Of a DNA stretch of 61,276 nucleotides, positions 1-9,675 are shown one piece after another. This DNA comes from a virus (taxonomy: Duplodnaviria; Caudoviricetes), in IMG/VR virus record IMGVR_UViG_3300033067_002048, positions 1 through 61,276 of that record. The stretch is one strand, 5' to 3'. The notes under the pieces were generated by a model. It was not told where the DNA came from. It saw only the letters and a list, made by a program, of their open reading frames with translations, and did not search any database. Both the position numbers and the translations under genes were made by a program. Position 1 is the stretch's first letter; each line of letters starts with the position of its first letter.

Positions 1-528
1 AAGTGGGACACCGCCAACGGCACGCCCATCAAGGACATCTCCTTGCAGCTCGATGCGGTGCAAGGCAAGACGGGCATCCGCCCGAACAAGGCGCTCTTCG
101 GCAAGGCCGCGTGGTCGTGCTTCCTGAACAACGCCGAAGTGCTCGACCGCATCAAATACTCGTCCTCGCCACAAAACCCGGCGATGGCGAGCAAGCAGCT
201 CGCGGCGCAACTGCTCGGCGTGGACGAAGTCCTCGTGGCGGGCGCGGTGTACAACAACACCATTGAAGGCGCGGCCGATGCGCTTTCGTACATGTTCACC
301 ACGGACAGCGTCTTGCTGACCTACGCGCCGCCGGCCGCGGGCATCATGACGCCGAGCGCTGGCTACATCTTCTCGTGGACGCAGTACCTCGCGGCGGCGA
401 ACAGCCTCCGCGTGTCGCGCTTCCGCATGGACGAGCTGCGCTCGGACCGCGTGGAAGGCGAGATGGCCTACGCCATGAAGCTCGTGGCGGCGGACCTCGG
501 CGCGTACTTCGTGAGCGTGGACACCTAA
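1..528 (+). CDS. Major capsid protein, C-terminal part (5' truncated)
   Basis: Frame 1 is open from base 1 (KWDTANGTPIKDI...TGIRPN...PSAGYIFSW...KLVAADLGAYF), typical of a phage capsid C-terminus. The N-terminus is at the other end of the window. Confidence 0.85.
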   Translation, partial: KWDTANGTPIKDISLQLDAVQGKTGIRPNKALFGKAAWSCFLNNAEVLDRIKYSSSPQNPAMASKQLAAQLLGVDEVLVAGAVYNNTIEGAADALSYMFTTDSVLLTYAPPAAGIMTPSAGYIFSWTQYLAAANSLRVSRFRMDELRSDRVEGEMAYAMKLVAADLGAYFVSVDT

Positions 529-663
529 TCAGTAGACACGCTTGCGCTTCTAATTCCTCCCTGGGGTGAGAGGACGCAGGGAAAGCCGCATGTGGAGCAA
601 AGCCAGGCTTGACGGCGGGAGAGACCGCACCGTTTTCGCTCAACTCACCTAACGGAGGACATC

Positions 664-900
664 ATGGGATACGTTGCAAATCGCCCAGGCATCAAAGTGG
701 TGCGCGAGGGTCAAACCGTGGAGCTGCTCGTAGGGGACGCGTTCCCCGAGGCGCCCAAGTCGCCCAACTTCAACGCGCTCGTGCGCACGAACCAAGTGGT
801 CTTCATCCCGGATGAAGCGCCCTTGGTTGCTGGCGGACAGCCGGCGCAAATCGCTCAGGCGCAAAACGCCGGCATCAAGGCCGCGAACAAGGGGAAGTAA
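664..900 (+). CDS. Small hypothetical virion-associated protein
   Basis: GGAGG RBS before ATG 664; lies between capsid and adaptor genes. Confidence 0.6.
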   Translation: MGYVANRPGIKVVREGQTVELLVGDAFPEAPKSPNFNALVRTNQVVFIPDEAPLVAGGQPAQIAQAQNAGIKAANKGK

Positions 901-903
901 GCG

Positions 904-1341
904 GTGACGTGGACCTACACAAACAACCCGGCGGGGAGTCAGCGCGATGAAGTGCGGCTCACCGTGGGCGACACGGACGCCTCAGACCCGCTCGTAAGCG
1001 ATGAAGAAATAGCTTATGCGTTGACGAAGACGGGGTCCGTGCTCGGCGCGTCGGCGCAAATGGCGCGAGCCATCGCGGCGAAGTTTGCCCGGCTCGTGAC
1101 ATCGGCCGTAGGTTCGGTCTCCGAATCCGCCAGCGATTTGTGGCAGCACTACAAAGAGCTGGCGGACGAGCTGGAGCTACAAGCGGCCACGCTCTCCATG
1201 CCGAGCTTCGGCGGTCTCACCGTAGGCGAGCACCTCAGCGATGCTCAAGACACTGGGCTCGTGCAAGCCGCGAACAAGCGTGACCAGTTTGATAACCCGC
1301 AAGCGGTTCAATCTCAGGACAGCCCGGAGTGGAAGCGCTGA
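904..1341 (+). CDS. Head-tail adaptor/connector protein
   Basis: MTWTY..P...RDEVRLTVGDTD..DPLVSDEEI pattern of adaptor proteins; synteny after the capsid gene. Confidence 0.7.
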   Translation: MTWTYTNNPAGSQRDEVRLTVGDTDASDPLVSDEEIAYALTKTGSVLGASAQMARAIAAKFARLVTSAVGSVSESASDLWQHYKELADELELQAATLSMPSFGGLTVGEHLSDAQDTGLVQAANKRDQFDNPQAVQSQDSPEWKR

Positions 1342-1826
1342 TGGGCTTCTCCGTCATCATGCCGAAGAAGGCCACAGCGCAGCTTGACGACGTGGTGGCC
1401 CGCATCAAGGACGCGGCGCGAAATCCCGCGCTCACGGTCGGCGTGCATCGCGAGGAAGCCAAGAAGCGTGAGGAGCCCGGCGGCCCGACGAACGCGGACC
1501 TTGCGCTGTGGCATGAATTCGGGACCGAGGACGTGCCGGCGCGCCCGTTCATTCGGCCCGTGATGGCGAGCAATCGCGCCGTCTACGCCAAGCTCCTCAC
1601 CCAGTATTACAAGAGCGGCAAGACGCCCATGGAATGTCTCAAGCTGCTCGGCATGGTCATCGTGTCGGACATGCGTAAGGGACTCCTCCGCGGCGTCAAA
1701 CCGGACCTCTCGGAGGCACGCATCGAGGCGAAGCGCGAGGCCGGCTACCCGCGCCCGCACACGCCGCTCTTTGCGACGGGCGCGCTCTTCAACTCCATCG
1801 CGGCGAAGGTGGAGGAAAAGAAGTGA
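1341..1826 (+). CDS. Neck / tail-completion morphogenesis protein
   Basis: HEFGT..VPARPFIRP and PLFATGAL motifs typical of myophage neck proteins. Confidence 0.7.
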   Translation: MGFSVIMPKKATAQLDDVVARIKDAARNPALTVGVHREEAKKREEPGGPTNADLALWHEFGTEDVPARPFIRPVMASNRAVYAKLLTQYYKSGKTPMECLKLLGMVIVSDMRKGLLRGVKPDLSEARIEAKREAGYPRPHTPLFATGALFNSIAAKVEEKK

Positions 1827-2203
1827 GCCTCATCCGCCGCAAGCTCCGCATGGACCGCGTGGTGCGACGTTTCGCGCTCACGGCGGACTTGCTCATCGAG
1901 CGCTTCGGTGGCGGTGCCTACGTGGACGGCCGCTGGGTGAACGAGCAACCGCAAGTTGTGGCGCTCACGGCGAACGTACAACCCGCGGGCGGGCGCCAGC
2001 TCATGCGGCTCCCCGAGGGTGAGCGCACGCGCGACAACATCACGGTTTGGGCCACGACGCTCATCCGCCCCGTGGCGCGCCAAGAGGGCAAGCCCGGAGA
2101 CATCGTGTTGTGGAACGGTGAGCGCTACGAAGTGGTCACCCTGAACGACTGGAGCGCGAACGGCGACTACTGGGAAGCCACGTGCTCGAAGGTGGACCAA
2201 TGA
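1823..2203 (+). CDS. Head-closure (head-tail joining) protein
   Basis: G.YVDGRWV...ANVQP...LMRLPEGER...DIVLWNGERYEV pattern; coupled overlap with the upstream gene. Confidence 0.7.
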   Translation: MSLIRRKLRMDRVVRRFALTADLLIERFGGGAYVDGRWVNEQPQVVALTANVQPAGGRQLMRLPEGERTRDNITVWATTLIRPVARQEGKPGDIVLWNGERYEVVTLNDWSANGDYWEATCSKVDQ

Positions 2204-2769
2204 CGAGCCCGGCGATGGACTGGCGCGCCATTGAGGCGGCGTTCAAGGGGCTCGTCAAAGGAGCCATCGGGCTGGAGTGCGTGTGGGGGAACAGCAACGG
2301 CGTTCAGCCTGACCGTTCCTACGTCATGCTCAACTGGCTCGGGTTCGATAATATTTCCGATAGCGGGTCTTATGACTCGTTCGATGAAGCGCGTAACGTC
2401 ATCATGCGCAACTACTACGCCAGTCGCACGGCGGAAGTAGATGTGCAAGCGATTGCAAAGAGCAATCGTGCCGGGGACAACGCGCTCGCATTTGTGGATG
2501 CGCTCATGGTCGCCTTCGACATGGAAGCGCTCCCGAAGAGATGGCTTGCGCCGGTAGGCATAGCCGTGTCAGATTTCACCGCAGCGCGACTTCTCGACGC
2601 AGTCGAGGACGGTGGCCGCATCGTCAGCCGCGCAGCATTCACCCTAAAACTCAACCTGGCCGCTAACGTGGCCGGGGCAGAGACGCCGACCACCATCGAA
2701 TCGGTGGCGCTCACCGGCAATGTTTCTGGCCTAACCGGCGCGTTGAGCGTCGCACGAGAGGACACCTAA
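2200..2769 (+). CDS. Tail terminator / neck protein
   Basis: Directly upstream of the sheath, expected size, NGVQPDRSY motif; ATG 2200 overlaps the previous stop. Confidence 0.6.
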   Translation: MTSPAMDWRAIEAAFKGLVKGAIGLECVWGNSNGVQPDRSYVMLNWLGFDNISDSGSYDSFDEARNVIMRNYYASRTAEVDVQAIAKSNRAGDNALAFVDALMVAFDMEALPKRWLAPVGIAVSDFTAARLLDAVEDGGRIVSRAAFTLKLNLAANVAGAETPTTIESVALTGNVSGLTGALSVAREDT

Positions 2770-4103
2770 TGGCTGGCTTGGACGACATCATCAACCTGAC
2801 CATCACCATCGAATCCAGCTCCATCACGCGGGCAGGCTTCGGCACGCCGCTCGTGGCGGACTACAACACCCGCTACAGCGGCGCTCTCGTGCGCAGCTAC
2901 AGCAAGCCAAGCGCGATGGTGTCGGACGGCTTCGTCATCTCAGACCCGGCTTACGTCGCGGCGAATGCGATGATGAGCCAGAACCCGCGCCCGCGCACGG
3001 TGAAAATCGGGCGCCGCACGCACGCGCCCTCGCAGCGCTTCAACTTCACGCCGCTCACCGGCACCGCGCGCACCTACGCTTTCGGCATCGCCATCACGGG
3101 CGGCGCCAAGCAAACGGTAAGCTACGCGGCGGCCTCGTCCGATGCGGCCAGCACCATCGTCAACGCGCTTTCCGCGCAAGTGGCTGCGCTCTCGGGCTAC
3201 AGCTCGGCGGCGCTCACGGCGAGCAACCAAACGGGTGTGCTGCGTATCCAAGGTCCGGCCTCGGGTCCCAAGTTCGTCATCACGGACGCGGACATCACCC
3301 AATGGACGAGCATCCTGGACGACACGCAAGACAACTCGCTTGCCACGGACCTCGATGCCATCGAGCTGGAAGATTCGGACTGGTACGGCTTCATCAGCAC
3401 GTCTAAGGGCACGAACGAGCTGAGCGCCGCGGCCGGCTGGGTTGCGGCGCGCCGCAAGTTCTTCATCGGCGGCACGCAAAACTCGGACATCGCAAGCTCG
3501 GGCTCGGGTGACATCGCGAGCACGCTCAAGGCCGCATCGCAAATACGCACCGCGCTCTTCGTGAACGACGGCGCGAACAACCAAGGTGATGCCGCGTTGC
3601 TCGGCAAGTGGCTCCCGTACACGCCGGGCTCAGAAACGGTGAAGTTCAAGACCCTCATCGGTCAAGTGCCGACGAAGTGGACGGACACCCAGCTCGGCTA
3701 CCTCCGCGCGAAGAACGCCAACCACTACATCAGCGTGGCCGGCACGAGCATGGTTGCCGAGGGCAAGACTTGCCAAGGCGAATTCATGGACACCATCCGC
3801 TTCGTGGATTGGCTCTACGCCAACATCCAAGAGGAGGTCTTCGGTATCCTCAACCGCGAAATCAAGGTGCCGTTCACCGATGATGGCGTGGCGCAAATCG
3901 AAAGCGGTATCCGCGCGGTGCTCAAGCGCGGCGTGAACGCTGGCGGCCTGGCGAAGAACCCGGCTTTCAGCGTGAGCGTCCCGCTCGTGGCGGACGTGAG
4001 CACGCTCGACAAGAGCGCGCGCCGTCTGCCGGACATCACCTTCAACGCGACGTTGGCCGGCGCGATTCACGAGCTGGATATTTCGGGAACCGTGTCCGTC
4101 TAA
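2769..4103 (+). CDS. Tail sheath protein (DUF3383-like)
   Basis: ITRAGFGTPL, SQNPRP..VKIGR, DWYG, PGSETVKFKTL, GEFMDTIRFVDWL, KVPFTDDG, LAGAIH motifs. Confidence 0.9.
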   Translation: MAGLDDIINLTITIESSSITRAGFGTPLVADYNTRYSGALVRSYSKPSAMVSDGFVISDPAYVAANAMMSQNPRPRTVKIGRRTHAPSQRFNFTPLTGTARTYAFGIAITGGAKQTVSYAAASSDAASTIVNALSAQVAALSGYSSAALTASNQTGVLRIQGPASGPKFVITDADITQWTSILDDTQDNSLATDLDAIELEDSDWYGFISTSKGTNELSAAAGWVAARRKFFIGGTQNSDIASSGSGDIASTLKAASQIRTALFVNDGANNQGDAALLGKWLPYTPGSETVKFKTLIGQVPTKWTDTQLGYLRAKNANHYISVAGTSMVAEGKTCQGEFMDTIRFVDWLYANIQEEVFGILNREIKVPFTDDGVAQIESGIRAVLKRGVNAGGLAKNPAFSVSVPLVADVSTLDKSARRLPDITFNATLAGAIHELDISGTVSV

Positions 4104-4130
4104 GACGGCACCACAGAAAGGGAGAGCACA

Positions 4131-4568
4131 ATGGGCTTGAAAGTTTACGACCCCGCACAAGTGGTGGTGGTCTTCGGCGGGGCGAAAATCGACGGTATGG
4201 CGCCGTCCAGCCGAGTCAAAATCACCTTCCCCGAGCTGTACACGAAGGTGGTGGGCATTGATGGTGAGGTGGGCCGCGGCAAGAAGAATGACCGCACGGC
4301 CTCGGTCACCATCGAGCTGCTCCAGACGAGCGCGAGCAATGACGTGCTGATGGCGTTCTTCATCGCGGACGACGCGAGCCCCATCGGCGCGATTCTTCCG
4401 CTCATGATTAAGAACCTCAACGGCACCACGCTCTTCGTTACCCCGGGCGCGTGGATTAAGAAGTTGCCCGAGGTCACCTACGCGGCGGAGGTCGGAACCA
4501 ACACGTGGGAAATCGATTGCTCGGATGTGGAAAGCTTCGTCGGCGGGCAGGTGTCCGTCACGGGCTAA
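4131..4568 (+). CDS. Tail tube protein (DUF3277-like)
   Basis: YDPAQV...VGIDGE...TIELLQTSASNDVL...AWIKKLP; follows the sheath. Confidence 0.85.
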   Translation: MGLKVYDPAQVVVVFGGAKIDGMAPSSRVKITFPELYTKVVGIDGEVGRGKKNDRTASVTIELLQTSASNDVLMAFFIADDASPIGAILPLMIKNLNGTTLFVTPGAWIKKLPEVTYAAEVGTNTWEIDCSDVESFVGGQVSVTG

Positions 4569-4630
4569 CCCGTTTCGCGAACGCCCGCGGCCGGAGAGAC
4601 GGCCTCACGCTCTCACCCAAGGAGGATTAA

Positions 4631-5089
4631 ATGGCTACGTTTCCAGTCACCAAAGTCATCAACGGCGTCACCTACGAGCTGCGCGCCATGGACCCGCTCC
4701 TCGTGCTCGACCACGGGAGCAAGCTCGTGGCGGAGATTGCCGGCCCCGTCACGGACAAGCTCGCTGAGGGCGGCCGGGTTGAATTCACCAAAGCCGCTTT
4801 CGTCCAAGTGGGCGTGGGCGCCATTGGCGAAATCTTGAAGCGCTTGGCCGCACCGGCCGTGCGCGCCGCGGTGCTCGACATCTTCAACTACGCGAGCGCC
4901 AACGGCGTGGAGCTTCAAGCCACGTGGAAAGTCCACTTCCTCGGCAAGACCAAGGACATGGTGGCCTTTTTGGCCTTTGCGTTGGAGGCACAGTTTGCCG
5001 ATTTTTTCGTCGGGCTGGGCGAGCAGGTAGCCGGCGCTCTGAAAGAGCGTTTCGCGTCGCTCGCCTTAGCCACGGCGCCAAAAACGTAG
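4631..5089 (+). CDS. Tail assembly chaperone
   Basis: Between tube and tape measure; AGGAGG RBS; ADFF near the C-terminus. Confidence 0.75.
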   Translation: MATFPVTKVINGVTYELRAMDPLLVLDHGSKLVAEIAGPVTDKLAEGGRVEFTKAAFVQVGVGAIGEILKRLAAPAVRAAVLDIFNYASANGVELQATWKVHFLGKTKDMVAFLAFALEAQFADFFVGLGEQVAGALKERFASLALATAPKT

Positions 5090-5289
5090 GACTGCCCACG
5101 CACCTCGCGTGGCAATACCCGGTCCTACGGCTCGTCATCGAGAGGGTGGCGAGCTTAGAAGAGGTGCGAAGGAGTTGGACGATAGGCCAAGTGCTCGATG
5201 TGAACGAGTTGCTTGACCTTCAAACGGACGCCGAGCTGAACGTGGCGGAAGCGCAACGGGATGCGGTGGAGGCGCAGAGAGCGAAGTAG
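5002..5289 (+). CDS. Second tail chaperone segment (probable -1 frameshift extension)
   Basis: Overlapping -1 frame encodes PVLRLVIERVASLEEVRRSWTIGQVLDVNELLD and ends just before the tape measure; T TTT TTC heptamer at 5002-5008. Confidence 0.55.
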   Translation, partial: FFRRAGRAGSRRSERAFRVARLSHGAKNVGLPTHLAWQYPVLRLVIERVASLEEVRRSWTIGQVLDVNELLDLQTDAELNVAEAQRDAVEAQRAK

Positions 5290-5298
5290 GAGAGACGC

Positions 5299-6969
5299 GT
5301 GGCCACGGTGCTGGAGGAATACCTCGTCAAGTTCGGCTTCGACACGAAGCTTGAGGGCGTGGACCGAATGGTGGGCTTGCTCAAATCGAGCAAGGAACTT
5401 TTCAGCACCATCCGTGAGCCGTTCGACGCGTTCAACCAAGCGCTTACGGCGCTTGGGACCATTACCAGCGCCATCACCAAGCCCATCGCCGATGTCATCC
5501 ACATGACCACGGAGACGGCGCTCGCGGCAAACGAGCTGGGCGACTCCGCCAAGCGCCTCGGCGTGGCGACCGAAGACCTTGAGCGCTTCGGCTACGTCGC
5601 GGACATGAGCGGCAGCTCGGCCGAGAGCATGAACCAAGCGCTCTTCTTCCTCAACAAGGAGATGGCAAACGCCGCCTCCGGCAACAAGGAGAGCGTCAAG
5701 ACCTTCACGGACCTCGGCGTCAAGCTCACGGACGTGAACGGCAAGACGCGCGAGACCGGCGCGGTCATGCGTGAGACGCTTGCGGCAATCGCGAAGATTG
5801 AAGACCCGGCGAAGAAGAACGCCGCGGCGCTCGGCGTCTTCTCCAAGGCCGCGTTCGACATCAAGGGCGTGCTGGAGCAAGACACACAAGCGCTTGCGGA
5901 TTTGAACGCAGAATTTGACATCCTCGGCGGACCCACGAGTCAGAAGCTCATTGCTCAAGGCGCCGAGCTGGACGACTCGTTCAACCGCATCAAGCGCGCG
6001 GTGGACGGCTTCAAGCGAAGCTTCACTGAGGGCATCATGCCCGCCTTCAACGGCTTCACGAAGTGGGTGGAAAAGTTCTTGAAAGAGAACGGGCCGGGCA
6101 TCCGGCGCTTCTTTGAAACGCTCGGGACGGTCATTGCGACGATGGCGGACGTAGCGGGCGGTGCGCTCGATACGTTCTACCAAGCGCTCAAGCACGTCTT
6201 CGACAACTTCGAGATGTACGGCGTCATCCTCCTCGCGTTCAAAGCGAAGAGCGTGGCCGCTGCCATCGCCTCGGGCGCGGCGTGGGCCATTGCAAACGCA
6301 CCACTTCTCCTCGGCATCGCCGCGGCGGCGTTGCTCCTCCTCGCCATTGAGGACTTCTTCGGCTTCCTCGAAGGCAAGGACTCCGTCATCGGTGACATCG
6401 TCGCGCATTGGGACGAGTGGTCCGAGAAGATGCGCGAAATTTCGCCCATCCTTGGCACCATCATGGACGCGCTCGGCGGCGTGGGCCGCGGCATCATGGC
6501 AATCGTGGAGATGTTCCGCGGGTTGCTCGCGGCGTTTCGCGAGGGCGGATGGCAAGCCGTTTGGAAGGAAATCTCCGAGTCCTTCGACACGGCGGTCACC
6601 TATTGGAAGGGCGTCTTTATGGGCTTCCTCTCGTGGCTCGGCGAGGTCTTCACAAGCGCCGGGTCTGCGATTTGGGCGAAGCTCACCGGAGGTCTCAAGA
6701 GCCTCGCCGGTTCGCTCGGCATTGACATCGGTGGAGCCGGTGCGGGCGCCGCGGCGAGCGTCGGCGCGAGCCCGAGCACCGTCACCAGCTCGATGTCTTC
6801 GAGCAGCTCCAGCAATCGCACCACGAACCAAGTGAGTGCGCCCATCACCATTCAAGCCTCACCGGGCATGAACGAGCGCGAGTTGGCCACGCAAGTGGAG
6901 CAGCGTTTTCAAGAGATGTTCCGGTCTGAGGTGCGCGCGTCCTACCCGGACGTGGCCTATGGGAGATAG
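5299..6969 (+). CDS. Tape measure protein
   Basis: 556 aa helical Ala/Gly-rich protein with a hydrophobic segment, after the chaperones; MATVLEEYLVKFGF start. Confidence 0.85.
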   Translation: MATVLEEYLVKFGFDTKLEGVDRMVGLLKSSKELFSTIREPFDAFNQALTALGTITSAITKPIADVIHMTTETALAANELGDSAKRLGVATEDLERFGYVADMSGSSAESMNQALFFLNKEMANAASGNKESVKTFTDLGVKLTDVNGKTRETGAVMRETLAAIAKIEDPAKKNAAALGVFSKAAFDIKGVLEQDTQALADLNAEFDILGGPTSQKLIAQGAELDDSFNRIKRAVDGFKRSFTEGIMPAFNGFTKWVEKFLKENGPGIRRFFETLGTVIATMADVAGGALDTFYQALKHVFDNFEMYGVILLAFKAKSVAAAIASGAAWAIANAPLLLGIAAAALLLLAIEDFFGFLEGKDSVIGDIVAHWDEWSEKMREISPILGTIMDALGGVGRGIMAIVEMFRGLLAAFREGGWQAVWKEISESFDTAVTYWKGVFMGFLSWLGEVFTSAGSAIWAKLTGGLKSLAGSLGIDIGGAGAGAAASVGASPSTVTSSMSSSSSSNRTTNQVSAPITIQASPGMNERELATQVEQRFQEMFRSEVRASYPDVAYGR

Positions 6970-6971
6970 CC

Positions 6972-7574
6972 ATGGGTCTTCCGTTCATTCCGGTACATGC
7001 CAAGCTCACAGCCTTCGATGAGAATGGCATCCCGGTCTACTTCAAGACGATTGACGTGATGCTCTCCGAGACCCACGTGAGCAAGGTGCAAGTGTCGCGG
7101 CATCCTGTAGGCAAGGGCATCCCGGTTGCGGACAACGTGCGCCCCGAGCCCAAGACCTTCGAGTGCGTGGCCTACTTCACGGACACGCCGGCCGCGGTGG
7201 ACCAAATCATCGAGAAGACCTCGAAGGGTTTGGAGAGCGTGAGCGAGACCTATGACCAGCTAGCGGAAATAATGACGAAGGCGTGGACCTTCACCGTCAA
7301 GACGAGCTTCCGCGAGTACGAAAACATGGTGCTCGAAAGCATGAGCGTCCCGCGCGCGAACGACCGCGCGAATTGCATTGAGGCAAGCCTCAAGTTCGTG
7401 GAGTTTCGCAAGGCACAGAGCGTGCGCGTCGGCATCCCGGCGAAGAAGCCCGCGGCGAAAGCAGCGGGTAAAGCAGCAGCGAAGGGCGCGCAGACGGCCA
7501 CCACCGCGGCGAAGGAGACCTCCAAGACCGTAGCGAAGAAGGCTTTGAACTTCGTGACCAAGCTTTTGAAATAG
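6972..7574 (+). CDS. Baseplate / tail tube initiator (Dit-like) protein
   Basis: SETH....VSRHPVGKG..VADNV..EP and YENMVLES motifs; follows the tape measure. Confidence 0.7.
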   Translation: MGLPFIPVHAKLTAFDENGIPVYFKTIDVMLSETHVSKVQVSRHPVGKGIPVADNVRPEPKTFECVAYFTDTPAAVDQIIEKTSKGLESVSETYDQLAEIMTKAWTFTVKTSFREYENMVLESMSVPRANDRANCIEASLKFVEFRKAQSVRVGIPAKKPAAKAAGKAAAKGAQTATTAAKETSKTVAKKALNFVTKLLK

Positions 7575-7582
7575 GACGGACC

Positions 7583-7957
7583 ATGTTGCTCGTGACGACG
7601 TACCCACAAGAAGAAAACTACAACATGCAAGTGAGCCTCGAAGGCGTCACCTACGTGCTGTCTTTTCTGTGGAACGCGCGGTGTGAGGCGTTCTTCATCA
7701 GCATGGCGAGCGTGGACGGGACGAAGCTCGTCTCCGGCGTGAAGCTTTGCGCAAGCACGCCGCTCTTTGCAAACGTGCGCCTTGGGCCACCTGGTGTGCT
7801 CTTCGTTTACGACTCCTCGGGCCAAGACAAAGACCCGGGCAAGCTGGAGCTGGGCAAGGACAAACGGTGTCAGCTCTACTATCTCACGGCCGCGGAGGTC
7901 GCGCTCCTCCAGCAAGGTTATGACGTGTTTGCGGGAGCGGTAGATGCCTCAACGTGA
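7583..7957 (+). CDS. Baseplate protein
   Basis: VSLEGVTY.L...WNAR...LVSGVKL pattern of small baseplate proteins in this gene order. Confidence 0.65.
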   Translation: MLLVTTYPQEENYNMQVSLEGVTYVLSFLWNARCEAFFISMASVDGTKLVSGVKLCASTPLFANVRLGPPGVLFVYDSSGQDKDPGKLELGKDKRCQLYYLTAAEVALLQQGYDVFAGAVDAST

Positions 7958-8789
7958 CCTCTTTGACCGCGTGTGCATCGTCAACGTTGACGGCTCGGAG
8001 CTGATAAACTTCGACGTTGACGGCGAGGTCGTGCTCACGACTGAGACCACGCCGAACAAAGCCAAAATCAAAATTTACAACTTGGACAAGGACCTCCAAG
8101 CAGCGGTGCGCAAGAAGGACGCGCGCGTGGCGCTCACGCTCGGCTACCAGAATGCGGACTTTGCGGAGGTGTTCCTCGGGGACATCCGCTACGCGCCGAG
8201 CGGGCTCGTGGGCTCGGACTGGGTAACGGTGCTCGAAGCTGGAGACGCAGAGCGCGCGATTCAACAGAGCCAAGCGGGCATCACGTGGGCGAAAGGTAAG
8301 GACGTGTCGAAGGTCGTGGAGGAGCTGCTCCAGACCTTCGAGGACGTGGACATGGGGGATTTTCAACAGACCTTCAAGTCGAAGATGATGGAGCAGTTTC
8401 CAAACGGCGGCGCGTTCAGCGGTAACAGCATGCGCGTGCTCGATGAGATTTTGCGCGGCTACGGCTGGAGCGTGAGCGTCCAGAAGCGCAAGTTTCAATT
8501 CATTCAGCTCAGCACCGGCAAGAACACGGAGATAGTGCAATCACTCGACCCGAGCACCGGGCTCATTGATGAGCCGGACGTGGGCGAGCCGGACAAGAAG
8601 ACGGGCAAGGCGAAGGCGAAAATCACATCGCTGCTCATGCCGAAGATTATCCCAGGGTGCCAAGTGCACGTGACCGGCACGACGGATGGGCTCCGCGATG
8701 GTGACTACACGGTGCAAAAAGTCACGCACCAGTTTTCCAACTGGCAACCCAAGCCGTTCTATACGGTGATGGAGGCCACGACCACATGA
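7944..8789 (+). CDS. Baseplate hub protein
   Basis: PNKAKIKIYNL...LTLGY...F.GDI and STGLIDEP...LLMPKI.PG motifs. Confidence 0.8.
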   Translation: MPQRDLFDRVCIVNVDGSELINFDVDGEVVLTTETTPNKAKIKIYNLDKDLQAAVRKKDARVALTLGYQNADFAEVFLGDIRYAPSGLVGSDWVTVLEAGDAERAIQQSQAGITWAKGKDVSKVVEELLQTFEDVDMGDFQQTFKSKMMEQFPNGGAFSGNSMRVLDEILRGYGWSVSVQKRKFQFIQLSTGKNTEIVQSLDPSTGLIDEPDVGEPDKKTGKAKAKITSLLMPKIIPGCQVHVTGTTDGLRDGDYTVQKVTHQFSNWQPKPFYTVMEATTT

Positions 8790-8983
8790 AACAGAAGACC
8801 ATTCAGGGCGAGGAGCACGTCCTCGTGTTGCTCAAGGTGCTCCAGAAAGACGAATTTGAGCGCCCGCGCTCGTGCGAAATCGTTTACGACGATATGCGCG
8901 TGAAGCTCGAAGGCGGCGAAGAATTCATCACGGCATGGATACCGCTCCACCTCACCACCGCTGTGACGAAGGGCGAGGCATGA
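8786..8983 (+). CDS. Hypothetical protein
   Basis: ATGA-coupled to both neighbours. Confidence 0.55.
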   Translation: MKQKTIQGEEHVLVLLKVLQKDEFERPRSCEIVYDDMRVKLEGGEEFITAWIPLHLTTAVTKGEA

Positions 8984-9675
8984 GCGAGCGCGAGCCTACA
9001 CTCACGATGCTGCTCACGGCCGCGATTCAATCGCGGCTTTTGGAGTTTCACGTCATGTTGCCGGCGACCATCGAGTCCTATGACGCGGCGGCCGGCACCG
9101 TGAACGTGAAGATTCTTTTGAAGAAGCAACAACCGCTCCCGGACGGGACGGTGGACCTCAAGGACTTTCCTCCCATCGAAGACGTGCCGGTGATGTGGCA
9201 GCGGTGCGGCAAGGCGTGGATTACGATGCCGCTCGCGCAAGGTGACACGGGCATGGTCATCTTTGCAGACCGTTCGCTCAGTAAGTGGAACCAAACGGAC
9301 AAGGGTCAAGTGGTGGACCCGCAAACGCTCAGCATGCACAACTTGGACGGCGCCGTATTCATGCCCGGGCTCACGCCGCCGAAGAACGCGCTTGAGTCGC
9401 CCGACACGGACAACGTGGTCATCCACACGGAGACCAAGTTGGACTTGGGCGAAAAAGGGTTGAACGACACGGACAATCTAATTGCGCTTGCGAAGAAAAC
9501 GAAGGACGAAATCAGCGCGCTCCGCCAGTCATTCGTGGACTTCATCAACAACAACTACACGGGGCACATGCATCCGAGCGCGATGGGCCCGACCGGCAAC
9601 CCCATCCCCGCTCCGCCCGTTGTTCCGCCGAATCCAGTGCAAGACGTGGCCGCCACGAAGGTGAGGGCCAAGTGA
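8980..9675 (+). CDS. Baseplate central spike (Gp138 N-terminal-like)
   Basis: LPATIESYD...DVPV...PLAQGDTGMVIFADRS...HNLDGAVF.PG; C-terminal HMH metal-binding tip. Confidence 0.8.
   Translation: MSEREPTLTMLLTAAIQSRLLEFHVMLPATIESYDAAAGTVNVKILLKKQQPLPDGTVDLKDFPPIEDVPVMWQRCGKAWITMPLAQGDTGMVIFADRSLSKWNQTDKGQVVDPQTLSMHNLDGAVFMPGLTPPKNALESPDTDNVVIHTETKLDLGEKGLNDTDNLIALAKKTKDEISALRQSFVDFINNNYTGHMHPSAMGPTGNPIPAPPVVPPNPVQDVAATKVRAK

Noticed and set aside
575-632. c-di-GMP-I riboswitch-like words (GGGAAA...GCAAAGCC)
   Set aside because: The expected P2/P3 pairing could not be built; only the small hairpin is supported.
5155-6855. Long antisense ORFs (also 15699-17156, 43206-44615, 59229-60536)
   Set aside because: Shadow frames of high-GC genes, with no motifs or RBS.
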